The notes: generated by a model not told the origin, from the letters alone. A stretch of 63,826 nucleotides of DNA, filler included, from Corallochytrium limacisporum Hawaii (GCA_002811645.1; 5 parts of 5 records of this genome joined end to end with filler, not necessarily neighbours in it); one strand, 5' to 3'. Shown: positions 10,437 to 21,915, counted from the first letter of the whole stretch. Made by a program: numbers and translations.

Positions 10437-12017
10437 TCATGCCCTGCTGTCCTTGAACTTAGCCATGTCGCTGTACATAGGTGCAAGGGTGCTATGGGCA
10501 TTGCGGTAAATGCGATTGTAGTAGTCATCGTAGATGCGTGCGATCTCAGGTTTCGGTTGGTAGACCTCCCCTCTGACGTTCTTGTCGCCACCACTGGAAT
10601 GATCGTTGCTCATCAGTGCCACAGCACCGACCACAGAGGACATCTCGGGATGCGGACGCACTATGATCTCTCGGTTGCACACATGCGCCATAGTTTGGCA
10701 CCAGGCCTTCGAGTTGGCTCCTCCACCAACAACGTACAATCGATTGTCCATGACTGGGTTCAGCTCCGCAAAGGTATCCAAAATATGACGGTAAGACAGC
10801 GCGACTCCTTCAATCACGGCCTTGCAAAGCGTACTGCGATCGGTGGACGGGTCAATGCCCAAGAAAACACCTGAAGCATTCGGGTCCAGGAATGGGCAGC
10901 GCTCCCCGCGAAGGTACGGCAGATACAGAATTTTCAAAGAGGGGTCGTCAAAACCATTGGGCCAGGCCAAAGTATTGAACATGTTCAGATTTTCGATGCC
11001 CAGCATGCGGCACGCACTCTCGAAGCACAGGCCCGCGGTCATCTGTGATCCTCCTACTGCAAGTGCACCGTCCTTCCGGTAGAGGGGTAGCATCCAAAGG
11101 TCATCCGGTGCCTTCACTCCGCGGGGTATGGGGAGTGAGATCCAGCCCGACGTACCAATGTACGCATACGGAATCATTTCCTTCGGACTATGACCGAAGA
11201 GAGCTCCCGCTGTGGTGGTCGCCAAATCGCCGCCGCAGTGCCACACCCTCACGTCGTTGCGGACGAAGCCAACCTCTCTACCACCGTACTGGAAAGGGGT
11301 CGGGTGCCACTCCGAGGGGGAAGGGGATTGCAGGATGAATGGCAAATTGGTAAGAATCTTCCGCAGTACCTCTTGTTCTTCAGAATCCAAGCCCAGCTGG
11401 TCTTCCGGAGGGACCACCACCGCCTGGTGGTATACCGCATCACCCGTCGCAGTGGCTCGCACCAGACCAGTCGTCGTGGCCGTGGTTGCATCAGTATATA
11501 CCTGTGCATGCAAATTCTGACTGAGGTACCAATAGATGTAGTCTGCAACACCCAGTCCGACGAAACTGACATCTTTTACCCCTTGCTTTACCATCCGCAT
11601 CATCTTTGGTAGGAGCGAGTACGGTCCCTTCCAGAATAGTACCTCTTTCTGCAATACCTCTTTTCCGATGACTTCCTCACAGATCTTTGCCTCCTCTTGC
11701 GATTGATTGTCACTGTGAATTACCATGATTGCATTCTTGGGATCCATGTCTGGTGCGACAATCAAACACTGCATCATTCCCGATACGGCCACGTCTGTGA
11801 CGTTCGCCCATGTATCCGCATGCGATGTCTCATATACGATCAGGTGATCCATTACACAATGGACCCAAGCTTCACAAGACGGTTCGCTGATCTTAGAAGA
11901 GAAGGAATGTGCAACTTCTAATGTGACTTTGTCGACTAAGGCACTCTTGACTGACGTGTTGCCGAAGTCAAAGGACAACACATATTCCTCCGAACCTCGC
12001 GCCATGGCCGGAGACAT
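10437..12017 (-). CDS. FGGY-family carbohydrate kinase (bacterial XylB/xylulokinase-like)
   Basis: DFGNTSVK phosphate loop, GGD, YIGTSGW, LPYLRGERCPFLDPNASGVFLG, AVIEGVA and VGGGANS; substrate not determinable. Confidence 0.85.
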   Translation of the reverse strand: MSPAMARGSEEYVLSFDFGNTSVKSALVDKVTLEVAHSFSSKISEPSCEAWVHCVMDHLIVYETSHADTWANVTDVAVSGMMQCLIVAPDMDPKNAIMVIHSDNQSQEEAKICEEVIGKEVLQKEVLFWKGPYSLLPKMMRMVKQGVKDVSFVGLGVADYIYWYLSQNLHAQVYTDATTATTTGLVRATATGDAVYHQAVVVPPEDQLGLDSEEQEVLRKILTNLPFILQSPSPSEWHPTPFQYGGREVGFVRNDVRVWHCGGDLATTTAGALFGHSPKEMIPYAYIGTSGWISLPIPRGVKAPDDLWMLPLYRKDGALAVGGSQMTAGLCFESACRMLGIENLNMFNTLAWPNGFDDPSLKILYLPYLRGERCPFLDPNASGVFLGIDPSTDRSTLCKAVIEGVALSYRHILDTFAELNPVMDNRLYVVGGGANSKAWCQTMAHVCNREIIVRPHPEMSSVVGAVALMSNDHSSGGDKNVRGEVYQPKPEIARIYDDYYNRIYRNAHSTLAPMYSDMAKFKDSRA

Positions 12018-12242
12018 GTTTCCGACTACAAGCCCGCTTCAGGTTACGTACGAAACGTTCTTCAACCAACGTTTCCATCTTTTGTTCGGATCTACTGGTT
12101 GGTCCTTGGCTCGAAATAGGTCAACGAAGCGCACACGAAGTGACAGGAGTAAAAGATGGAACGATAGCGTGGTGCCATACAACCAGCGAAAACCCCCCCC
12201 CTCAACCCTTTTCAAATTTGCGATGGAAAAACTGCCAACCCC

Positions 12243-12342
12243 NNNNNNNNNNNNNNNNNNNNNNNNNNNNNNNNNNNNNNNNNNNNTTAATTAATTAANN
12301 NNNNNNNNNNNNNNNNNNNNNNNNNNNNNNNNNNNNNNNNNN
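12243..12342. other. Artificial contig linker (44 N + TTAATTAATTAA + 44 N)
   Basis: Identical 100-bp cassette with stops in all six frames recurs four times in the window. Confidence 0.97.
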
Positions 12343-12570
12343 ATCGGACGGGACCTGGAGCGTTCAACGTGGTTTGATCGGTGATGGTGGCTAGGGTAAA
12401 AAAACATATCATATACAAAGCCAGAACGTGATCCTCCAGTAGCCAGAGATCTTGAATGGACAGCAGTCATGGTAAAGCGTGTCTGATCTAATGTGTATGT
12501 TTTTAGAAGATGAGGATGTGTGCTTGAAGATCAGGTCGAAGTCCGTGTCACAGCTGCTGCCGTTGTTGAA

Positions 12571-13380
12571 TCACAGTACGTGCCTCCATGCACGCCTCAA
12601 TCGCGCGTTTGCGTCCGCCTGTGAGCAATTCCCGTGGGCAATGATCAAGCATTGTGGGTCCCATTCCAGAATAATCTCTAAGCTCGCCTTGAGCAGGTCC
12701 TTTCTTTTGAATGTCGCGGCCATATCGGGTGGCATCTTCCCATCCGGTGCGGTGACACCTACCATCCACAAGAGTGGTTTCAGATACCATGGCGATTTAT
12801 TCAACTCGAAACTCTCTACCAGGTCGGTTAGGATCAAAGTCCCAGAGGCCTCGTGAAAGAACACGACCTCTTGATGAATTTTGGATCCACTCACGAAGAG
12901 AGCCTTGATCCCGTCCCATGACTTTGAATTTTTCTCATTTGGATCCCACATTGCCGTCTCCGCCACCTCATCGTCCGTAAGTAGGCGACTCTCCGGGCCC
13001 ACAACTAACAGGTTGCAGGCATCAGCAGGAGGCATCTCAATATTGTGCTCGTAGGCACGTTTGACTACGCCCGGCGCAACCCAAACGGTTGCATTAAGGT
13101 TATTTCGGTGCCAGTCCGCAATGTATGCGTAGTGGATCCAGTTTGGTGCAATCAGGTACTTGATCTGTCCGTTGCCCAGAGTCTGTATCTTCTCCTGCAG
13201 TTCTGTGCTCCATTCAATCGGTGAGTGAACCCACAGATCACCCGTTGACAAGCGTACCACAGTCATCCGAGTCGGAAACGGCAAACCGTAGAACTTGATG
13301 GATGGACCATCTACGATCCAGATGTCTTCCCCAAACTCCTTGGGCGTTAAGAGCGGTTCGTATCCCGTGTTGCCCGACAT
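12571..13380 (-). CDS. DUF4336 family protein (metallo-beta-lactamase-like fold)
   Basis: IWIVDGP..FYGLPFPTRMTVVRLSTGDLWVHSP, YLIAPNWIHY, EVVFFHEASGTLILTDL and WDPQCLIIAHG. Confidence 0.82.
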   Translation of the reverse strand: MSGNTGYEPLLTPKEFGEDIWIVDGPSIKFYGLPFPTRMTVVRLSTGDLWVHSPIEWSTELQEKIQTLGNGQIKYLIAPNWIHYAYIADWHRNNLNATVWVAPGVVKRAYEHNIEMPPADACNLLVVGPESRLLTDDEVAETAMWDPNEKNSKSWDGIKALFVSGSKIHQEVVFFHEASGTLILTDLVESFELNKSPWYLKPLLWMVGVTAPDGKMPPDMAATFKRKDLLKASLEIILEWDPQCLIIAHGNCSQADANARLRRAWRHVL

Positions 13381-13499
13381 GTTTTGTCTGTTTGCTTTGC
13401 GGGATTTATCCCCGGTTGGCCAATGCCCGAACCCTGTTGTTGCCGTGTCTTACCCGTCTCGGCCTGCGCTCTACCGAACTGCAATCTGAACACCTCATG

Positions 13500-13900
13500 C
13501 GATCTAATGGCCCACGGACACCTCTGAATGGGTTCAAGACGCGAAATCGCCCAACCCGATCACCCGGCATTCCGCCTCCAAATACCTAGCCGGGTGTCCT
13601 TCGGCCACTGACTAGGGAAATTACGAGCGGCCCCCTCCCCACCTCCCCCTTTCCGAACGCTTGCGCTGGGGCGCGTCCACTTTCGCGCAATTTGGGGGGG
13701 GTTCCCTGCTGGGGGCCGAGGATCCAAAGCCCCCCCCCCCCCGGCACAGTCGCTTGTGTGGTGGGAGTCCGGAGTGGGGTTGCGAATTGGAAGGTTCTTC
13801 GTCCGTGAGAGAACGCCCCTCCGCCCGGGGGGAGGGGGAACTCAGCACACCCCTGGGTTGGCATTCCAGTGTTTCGCAATGCATCTTCCCCCGACACGTC
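13500..13900. promoter_or_regulatory. GC-rich C/G-tract island upstream of the DUF4336 gene
   Basis: G8 and C13 tracts between the GT31 3' end and the DUF4336 5' end. Confidence 0.5.
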
Positions 13901-14170
13901 AGTTGGGCGGTTTTGTAGAGGGAGTCCATTTTCAATGCTCTGTGTGTTCCGTACCTTAGCAGGGAGTGCTCGAAAATATGTACACGAATGATCTATTCAG
14001 GTGATATGATGGAATGGCTCTTGTTCGCTTCCGCCAAGAGTTCTACTTCATCCTCGGCAGTGTCGACCCAATGCCAGGCAGACTAGTAGTGGATGGTATA
14101 GATCATGATCGCTATACGTCATGTAAGGAGTACACGGTACAGTTGTGTAGGCAGCAGAGCGCCCGGGGAA

Positions 14171-16333
14171 CTAAAGCGCAACATCCAGTCTCTTCTCCGA
14201 CATGAGTTCGAAGGTGCGACTAACCCAGATATAGTAGCGTGAAATGGGTCCATAAGGAATGTGCGTGCTCATCCAATTACGGTAGTGGGCGATGCTCAGG
14301 ACCTGCCCCGCGACCTGCGCATCTGCTGTCTCGTCCCAGTTCTGGCCGGTGCGGACTTCCGGGAGTGCGCTGAAGAAGCCTATTCCTGAAGACAACCTTC
14401 CATATTGCTTCGGCACCAGCAGCTGCCACAGGCTTAGGGGCATCGACTTCATCAGGAGGTCAACTTCCGCGACCAGCGAAATGTCTTTGAAGACCCCACG
14501 CGGCATGATGAAGCTGCGCTTCCTGAGGACAATCTGGCCAAGACGCAAGCCTCTGCGCTTTTTCTTGATCAATCTCGAAAATTCATCATTTGCCTGCCCG
14601 GCCATGGGACGACCCCAGATCATTACCTCGTTGAAGCCAATCCACTTGAGCAATTCTATGCTAAATATCCGGATGTCGTGGCGCTCATATGCGTTGAAGA
14701 GTGACTGCGTCAGTTTGTTTTGCTCGTCTCGGTGACACATCCAAAACACATGCTCACGGCGCTTAATATAACTATACACAGGAGTCTCCTGGTCGTCACT
14801 GGCGTAGCACGGTAGAAATGAGAACAACGAGTTTCGTGTCGCGGTCGGTGCCCACGTTTCAATATCCTCACGTGTTGCAGTTGGCGAAATCACATAGAAG
14901 GTGGGTTTCATGTTCCGTGTCTTGGCAGTCTGCAGGTGATAATCATCAATCGCGAGCCATTTCAGGTGTTCCAGATGATGCAACGGGTACATGTCCATGT
15001 TTGATCCCCCGAGCAATGCATTCCCAATCTGGAAGCGGTACGAATTGTGCATATTGCGCCACCAATCCCACTGATGATCCCAGTCAACATCTTGATTTAT
15101 TTCCCAGAGGCGATCGAGGTAGACCTCGACACCAATCCGATCCTTGACTGGCACGTATAAACTGGCAACGGAGGAACCCGCACTAGCAGCTAACTGTTGG
15201 AGTCGCTCTACGATTCTGGCCGTAAAATGCCTTGGCCAACCGTTGAATTGCTTATCCGTCTCGACGTAGCCAGATCTAACAAAACTGATCGATCTCAAGA
15301 ACCCAACCTCTGATGTATTCGCGCTATCTGCGATTTCATTTCTGGGATCCTCCGTGTCACTTTTCATTTGGGGTCCCTCTGCTACCGCCACCATGTGGAT
15401 CGGATTCGATTGGAATAAGGAAACAACAGAGGATGAAGATTGAATTTTGTACTCCGCGTCAGGCCTGTAGATGACACTCTCAGTATCCAACCCAAAAATA
15501 TTGGCGCCCAACTGGTGCATCCAAACTGCTGTTGTCGTATCCTCAGAGATGTACTGTTCGAAGTTTTCCATTTCTGTGACTTCCTTCGCCAAATCGTAAC
15601 TGAAGCCGTACAGTCCACCCTGCATCCACAATGGCCATTCTTCATCGGGGTAGCGCCACTCAAAGTACTTCGCCGTGTTTACCCGAACGGATTTGTTTCT
15701 ATTGGGGTTCGCAACCGGTGCAGGTTCATGGGGAAAGCCAAAGTACACCTTGGGTATCTTACAGAGCCTTTGTGACATTAGATCAATCAAGCGATCCATC
15801 AGAATTATAGTGTCATCATCGGTCTTGACAAAGAAATCGAATTCATCCGTTTCCCCAACAAAGAAGTCGACACAATACTTAGTTTTTTTGGCCAATGTGT
15901 TAAAACTCTCCTCCACACGGTCCGCTATGACGATGTCCCCAAAGTGTAACCGTTCGTCCTCTAGTTCCTGGATCTCTGCCGGACTCATCATATTGTCAGT
16001 GCCCACTATGAACATGTACGAGATCTTCTTGTCAGTTTCGACCTCGTGACCGAGCCACAGTCGCCGAAAAACGGACCGTTTCAGCGAGTTTCCCCATGCA
16101 CTGTGAATGCACAATGCCGCGATGGTGTCCTTCTCGCAGCTGGGTTGCATCTGTGATTTGCGCGTGTTCAGTTGCAATTCGCCTATCCTATCTTCAAAGG
16201 TCTCCGAAAGGCTCCATGTATGGGCCAGCAACAGATGGACACATAGGCCAAGGATGCCAAGAATCGCCATTTGCTTGACGAGCCTTGTCATAGGCATCAT
16301 CCTGATGGATGTTACTCGTAGTTTTTTCACCAT
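14171..16333 (-). CDS. GT31 (beta-1,3-galactosyltransferase-like) type II membrane glycosyltransferase with a long uncharacterised C-terminal region
   Basis: N-terminal TM anchor; R..FRRLW, MFIVG, E...FGDIVI, ESFNTLAKKT, FFVKTDDD, GGLYGFSYDLA and EDTTTAVW. Confidence 0.82.
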   Translation of the reverse strand: MVKKLRVTSIRMMPMTRLVKQMAILGILGLCVHLLLAHTWSLSETFEDRIGELQLNTRKSQMQPSCEKDTIAALCIHSAWGNSLKRSVFRRLWLGHEVETDKKISYMFIVGTDNMMSPAEIQELEDERLHFGDIVIADRVEESFNTLAKKTKYCVDFFVGETDEFDFFVKTDDDTIILMDRLIDLMSQRLCKIPKVYFGFPHEPAPVANPNRNKSVRVNTAKYFEWRYPDEEWPLWMQGGLYGFSYDLAKEVTEMENFEQYISEDTTTAVWMHQLGANIFGLDTESVIYRPDAEYKIQSSSSVVSLFQSNPIHMVAVAEGPQMKSDTEDPRNEIADSANTSEVGFLRSISFVRSGYVETDKQFNGWPRHFTARIVERLQQLAASAGSSVASLYVPVKDRIGVEVYLDRLWEINQDVDWDHQWDWWRNMHNSYRFQIGNALLGGSNMDMYPLHHLEHLKWLAIDDYHLQTAKTRNMKPTFYVISPTATREDIETWAPTATRNSLFSFLPCYASDDQETPVYSYIKRREHVFWMCHRDEQNKLTQSLFNAYERHDIRIFSIELLKWIGFNEVMIWGRPMAGQANDEFSRLIKKKRRGLRLGQIVLRKRSFIMPRGVFKDISLVAEVDLLMKSMPLSLWQLLVPKQYGRLSSGIGFFSALPEVRTGQNWDETADAQVAGQVLSIAHYRNWMSTHIPYGPISRYYIWVSRTFELMSEKRLDVAL

Positions 16334-16559
16334 TGTGCCCCCCTGGTGATAGCCATTCCGTCAACCCGGTCTCATGGTGTGTCCCTGCATAGTCGTCATG
16401 GGCCAGTTTTGTTATTAGCGCCGCAACACGTGACAATTACATATCCCATTGTGATCTCCAAAATTTTCGGTCGAGGAAATACCTTATGGAACAAAAGAAT
16501 CGTTGCGCATAGAGACCGTTTTCTTGTGATGGTGCGTGACATATCTGAGTTTAGCATTG

Positions 16560-17140
16560 CGTCGGGTTCCATCGATCTTCCCTGGCCATCAAAAACCGAC
16601 CCGACGGGCTCAAGAAGGCGAGAGGGCCAGCTTCGCTCCCTCCCACTCTTCTTTCCCTACCCACAAAAAAAGAAAACCGTTCGCATTCTTCGGGGAAAAT
16701 GATCTCACTGCAACATTCAGTTCGGAATCCCCGAACTCCTGGAGAACTAACTCCCTCAGTAACGGGTAGCTTTCCCTGGTGGACGCGGGCTTCCCCCCCT
16801 CCCCCCCCCCTTAAATTCACGCGCCCAGCCCAGTGGGACCGCAACCGTCTAACTGGGCGCGGGCAGGTGAAGAAAAAGGGTAAAGGAAATTGCATATCGG
16901 GAGGCATTTTCCGAAATCCACCAATTGGCAGGGGAATCGCGGTTGGCATCGCAGCCCGGCGGTGCTGCAGATTGGCGAGGAGTAACAAAACATTTTTGGC
17001 CTTGCTCTGCAGCTTTCCACAGTTCGCACCCCTCCCCATCTTGCCATGGCTTTTTATTGTGTTCGTTCTCATGGGACGGCTAAGGGAAAAAATTGGGGGG
17101 GCGGCCGGCGTATGCATATGTGGGTTTTGGTTGCACCGTC
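16560..17140. promoter_or_regulatory. GC-rich island upstream of GT31, probably bidirectional
   Basis: C/G/A homopolymer tracts; intron candidates on both flanks, each oriented away from the island. Confidence 0.45.
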
Positions 17141-17153
17141 CGCTAAGAAATCT

Positions 17154-17209
17154 GTACGTCAACTCACTCTGCTGTGCTTGGCAGCGGCCTAATCCCCACA
17201 CACTTTCAG
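17154..17209 (+). other. Candidate 56-nt spliceosomal intron in an ORF-less transcript
   Basis: GTACGT donor (17154), CTAAT branch (17189), pyrimidine-rich stretch and CAG (17207-17209), just downstream of a GC-rich island. Confidence 0.45.
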
Positions 17210-19860
17210 ATTGAAGAGAGCCAGCAGAGGCACTGCTGTCGATATCTTGATTAGTCACACATGCTGGCTTAAGATTGTATCCGCCAGGGTAATGTTGGGA
17301 CCATTAGCCAGACAGGCCGTAGTTCGATGAAGACGATCCAGAGGTGGTTCATCGCCCGTGGCTTTGGAATATGGAACGAACAAGGAGGAATCGACAACAC
17401 CAGCCAAAATCCCCTCCGGACGTTCTTGGCGCTGGAAAGTTTATGGTTGATCGGAATTTACTTGACTACGGGGTCAGTTTTGAGAATCCATCGTTAAAGC
17501 CTCCACCATCATTGATTGACTAAAAAACCGCAGGGGAAGAACAAGGCTCCGGTGGGGCGGGACCCGAGGTAGAACTGCATGTCATCGAAGTAAACCAATA
17601 GCCGCCTTGTGCTCGTCCGCCACAAATTAGCAATCAAATCACTATTAAATATCCAGAAACTGAATATCTGATATCCATGTAGGAGCACGATTTTCAAACT
17701 TCATAATACAAGATTAGCCTTCAAGCCTTCTCGATAACAAAAGGGATACAGAATTGAATACAGTACGGGAGCTTCGAATTTCATTCAAAATACTGGTTTC
17801 TTGCAATAATTGTTATTCAATTCATGCTGTAATGTTTAATGTAGTTGAATTTGTATGGAATTTAGCTTTCTGATAACTACGAGACACAATCACAGGTCCC
17901 TGACTTCATGGATGTGATGTTCCATGACGGTGGAACCGAGATTATTGTAGCAATAGCATTCACAACAAATACTTCTCAAAAGCATGTGCTTCCCTCTTTG
18001 AGGATTGGGCGCACCTGGCTTAGTGGACTTGCATATATGCAATCCTATTCATCGGCTGGAATTATCATAAAAGAACACTTTTGGAACGTGAAGGAGGTGC
18101 TAGCAACAGCTAGTAAATATTACAGGGTCTCCTTTAATGGGCAGATCGACTGAATAACCACATAGGTGATAGAAGTGTGCATCACTTTTACAATCTGGAT
18201 ACTTGATTGATGTTCCTGCCATATGTATCGGAAAATTGCAGACAGACTGGAATTTGGGCGATGAAATTGATAAGTTTTTGTGGATGTGCAGAGTGTGTAT
18301 GGAAAGCTGTATTTGTATTCTTGATTCTATTCATCTGTGTATGCTACTTCTCTACTTGATGGTTGTGTATGCAAGCACTATGCAATGGCTGGAGAGAAAA
18401 CCTCCCACTGTACAGTGTACGGCGGTCTGTAACAACGAGGCCTGCTCCTCCCACCTCCGCGTATTCTCGCGCGCCCAGGAAACTAAATATAAAATCACTG
18501 CCCCACCACTGCCTCATTCCACCAGACATCGGTTGATGAACAGACACAGGCGTACCCGCACCCCTGGGCGGCAGTAGTGACACCTTCTTAAAGGGGCACA
18601 CTGTGCGGTCTTGTTCCATAGTTATCGGATGAAGAAAACTGTTACCTAATAGCCCAATCTGGGTCCTTAAGGCACTTTGCAAGAAATGGGTTTCCCAAAT
18701 GGGAAAGAGCCAAAGGCGAGAAAAAAAATTTCGAACTGGGGAGGGGGTGATAGGCAGCGCCCGAGGTGGCCAATGGGAGAGGTGGATTCACATTGAAAAC
18801 TTCGGCACAATTCGCTACGTCTTGTATGGTTTTCAATGCTTCGTCGCTACTATAGTCACCAACGACTCGGGTCGGTCGCCCTCCCGCTTCCCGGCACATT
18901 GGAAGCTCACCCCGCTGCCGCTTGGTTACACATCGCGACACCGATGAGTGCGGCTTGCACGTCTTACCACCCATCGACATTCATACTAAACTGGTACACC
19001 TTTCCACGGCCGCTAGTTACATGAGCTGGCATCCATGGCTGAGCAAGGCCACAAACAAAACTTCAAAGGGACGGACTGACGGTGCAGGCCGGAAGTTACT
19101 CGCCGTGAGTGAGGGAAGGGGGGCGTATATTCGTGCGAGGTCGCTTCTCGAGAGCGAGGGATGAGGCTACTTTTGGCAGGGCACACGGATTCGGGGGCGA
19201 TTCCTTTGAAGTTACGTTTGAGAACAAGTAAGAGGGCCAGAGCAAACTCGCCCCCAGGGGAAGGTGGGGGAATGGGGGGTAGTATGTTCGCTATGTATAT
19301 GTTGGCCTACCATCTCCGGGAAATTTGTTTGTGATGCACCGTTGGCGCAGCCTGTCTGCAGCCAGGGCACCCTATAATGTCTAATGAATGTCGGTGCATT
19401 CGTCATTGCAAGTACACGGCACGTCTTATATTTATCTCTCGGCTGGGGCAATTGCACTTGCGTGCGCGGCATCAGATTTCAGAAACACTCTCTATCTTGA
19501 GCATTGCCTGGACCGCCACCCCCCCCCACACACACACATGCTCCCTCTCTCTCGACCTCCCAATGGATGGACAATTCTGCACCACAGTGCACCACTTTTT
19601 CTCACACGAACTTCTCACCTACTCCTTTCCCGTTTCCTCCCTCCCCGTCTATTTTCTGGGAGGTTGTGATTCATCACAACCCGGCTTGAACACCCGTGGG
19701 ACCTCGAGCGGCAAACCGTAGTGACCCGCGGAACATCGACCTTTGGTGAATATTTTTTGTCTACGGTGTTTCAGTGTACTTTCCCCGACCATCGCGAGCC
19801 AAAAAAAAAAAAACAAAAACAGGGACCCTTCTCTCCGCGTGCACAGAAAGTGCTTCTCCT

Positions 19861-19897
19861 CCCCCCCCCCCCCCCCCCCCCCCCCCCGGGGGGGGGG
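19861..19897. repeat. C27 immediately followed by G10 homopolymer
   Basis: Direct read; self-complementary, G-quadruplex/i-motif prone. Confidence 0.9.
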
Positions 19898-21372
19898 ACG
19901 AGGAAGAGTTGCAGGCCTCAACGACGACGTAGTGCGCATACACATCCAAAGTGTCCATTCCGCTCCACGTTCCACGATCATCCAAGGGTTCGTGCGCACC
20001 CTCTGAACATGAAAGTTTATGGTAATGTGTCCCCAACTAAGGACACTGCTGGGGTCAGGCTTAGGGGACTTCAAAGGTCCATCACAGCGTTTAGTATTGA
20101 ACAAAATTGTCCTGAGGGCCGGGAAGTACTTCTCGTGTTGACAATGCCGTACCGTACCTGTGGCTGCGATTAAGCAGTATGGGGCCAATGATGCTTCAGA
20201 CGGCATCTCCTGGACATAACTGTCAATCATCGACTGTTCCCAATGGCATGGTGGATGCCCCTGCTGGTGAAACTAGTTGCAGCCGAAAGAAGATAAGGTT
20301 CCGTCGAGTACCTCGTGGTTCGGAACAAGCGCTCGCGCACTAATTACAGCAAAGTCCCCGAAGTATTCTGGGCTAAATAACCGCGGTCTTTGCGGGCACA
20401 TCCTATCCTGCTGTAAACCCACATAAAAGTACGCAAGCAATATACCTAAGACACTCGCGACTGCCAGCTGTACCTCTCACAGCGGTTCAAAATAAACAAA
20501 GGCCTGGATCAATTGTCCAGACAATTGCACGTGCCACTACTTGCACCCAGCTCTTCAAACCGTAAGGACCTATGATGCAACTCTGCCGTGAGTCGGAAGC
20601 CAGCTTGCCCACAGATTCAGGAGCCCAAAGCTGGCTCTGCAATTGATTCAGGTCTGAGCGGATAGGTTGGGTGCGTTGCAACGTCCTCAGTCGTGCGGAC
20701 GGGATATTTTCCGGACCAAGAATTACATGACAACACAAATTTAAACGCATCGAGTTTTTATCCGTGGTATTGACCTGTCCTATTGTGTTTGGAGGAAACA
20801 CCCAACCAACTGTACTGGGCGTTGATTGCCTTAATCCCTGGTCCTAGAACTCGCCAACGACTGAGATGACGCATTTTGGTATCGTACTGCGTTCAGCTGC
20901 TGTGCAGTTCTACACTCTACCATAACTCTAGACACTCTTCTTAACTTTTTCTGGCGACAACTACAAGGGTTCATGTAATTCATCCTATTAAGTGCTCGGC
21001 CTCGTGCGGAGCGGCGTACCATCCGTTCGATGCATTGTTTTGCCTGCCGCCGCAACCATTCCCCCAGGCGCCTTCTCACCCGTTCTGTCCGCCTCGGGGC
21101 CCATTTTCAACAAACTAACATTAGGGCACGGAATTCGGAACAGGGGCCGGGTTTCGGAAGGAGCAGGGTCTCCCGGACAGCGGTGCATGAAGAGCAGCGT
21201 TCTAGGTCATGTAGTGGTGCAGGATTGCCGGTGGCCAAGGGAAACACTGCACCGACATAGCCAGGAAAGGGGATTCGATCTCTGTCAATCAAGACTAAGC
21301 GCTACGCAATTCACAGAAACGTTTCCGTGAGATTTTTATTTTGTGACCGATGTCAACCGACAGTTGTTTGTG

Positions 21373-21915
21373 TTACAAGTGAACGTGTGCTGTAGATGTC
21401 TTCTCGTTATAGGTGCTCTTGAGAATTCTGTAGAATGCCTGAGCGTCCGGGACGGTCATTTTCAAGACAGGATGGGTGGGATCGAAAGACACGATTGTGA
21501 TCGTGCCAAGCCCTTCGGGTGCTCTGCAGCAGCATCCACAACAGCCACTGCCATGCAGGGTCAGTCTCATGTCCTTGATCTTGCGAAGATCCAAAGTGTG
21601 AACGTCTTCTGGCATCCGACCACAGCCGCAAGTTCTAGTAAAGGAGATATGGGTTTCCAGCTCAGTACCTGTGAGGCGGTAGGTGATTCCTGGACGCATG
21701 GTACAGCATCCACAGCAAAACCATGTTCGTAGAAAGCGCTTAAACTTGGCACAAAAATGATTTGGATTATACCTTTTGGTTTCGTATACAACTTCTTCCC
21801 CCGAAATGGAGGTCATGCCCATACTCACGTCACTTCCTCGATGGCCCCTGGCGGCAGGGGTAGGAGCCTTGTAGAGACGAGGAGAGTTGTCAACATAACG
21901 TTGATTATAAGACAT
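21373..21915 (-). CDS. Small PH-fold protein (bacterial bPH_2/YdbS-like) with Cys clusters
   Basis: YRLT..EL...TLDLRKIKDMRL...GLGTITIVSFDPTHPVLKM.VPDAQAFYRIL resembles the bPH_2 pattern; contains WFCCGCC, CGC and GCCGCCC. Confidence 0.6.
   Translation of the reverse strand: MSYNQRYVDNSPRLYKAPTPAARGHRGSDVSMGMTSISGEEVVYETKRYNPNHFCAKFKRFLRTWFCCGCCTMRPGITYRLTGTELETHISFTRTCGCGRMPEDVHTLDLRKIKDMRLTLHGSGCCGCCCRAPEGLGTITIVSFDPTHPVLKMTVPDAQAFYRILKSTYNEKTSTAHVHL

Noticed and set aside
12287-12298. Palindromic TTAATTAATTAA as a biological site (also at 25267, 52634 and 61199)
   Set aside because: Always centred in an identical 100-bp N cassette; it is an assembly linker with six-frame stops. Gene adjacency across it is not evidence.
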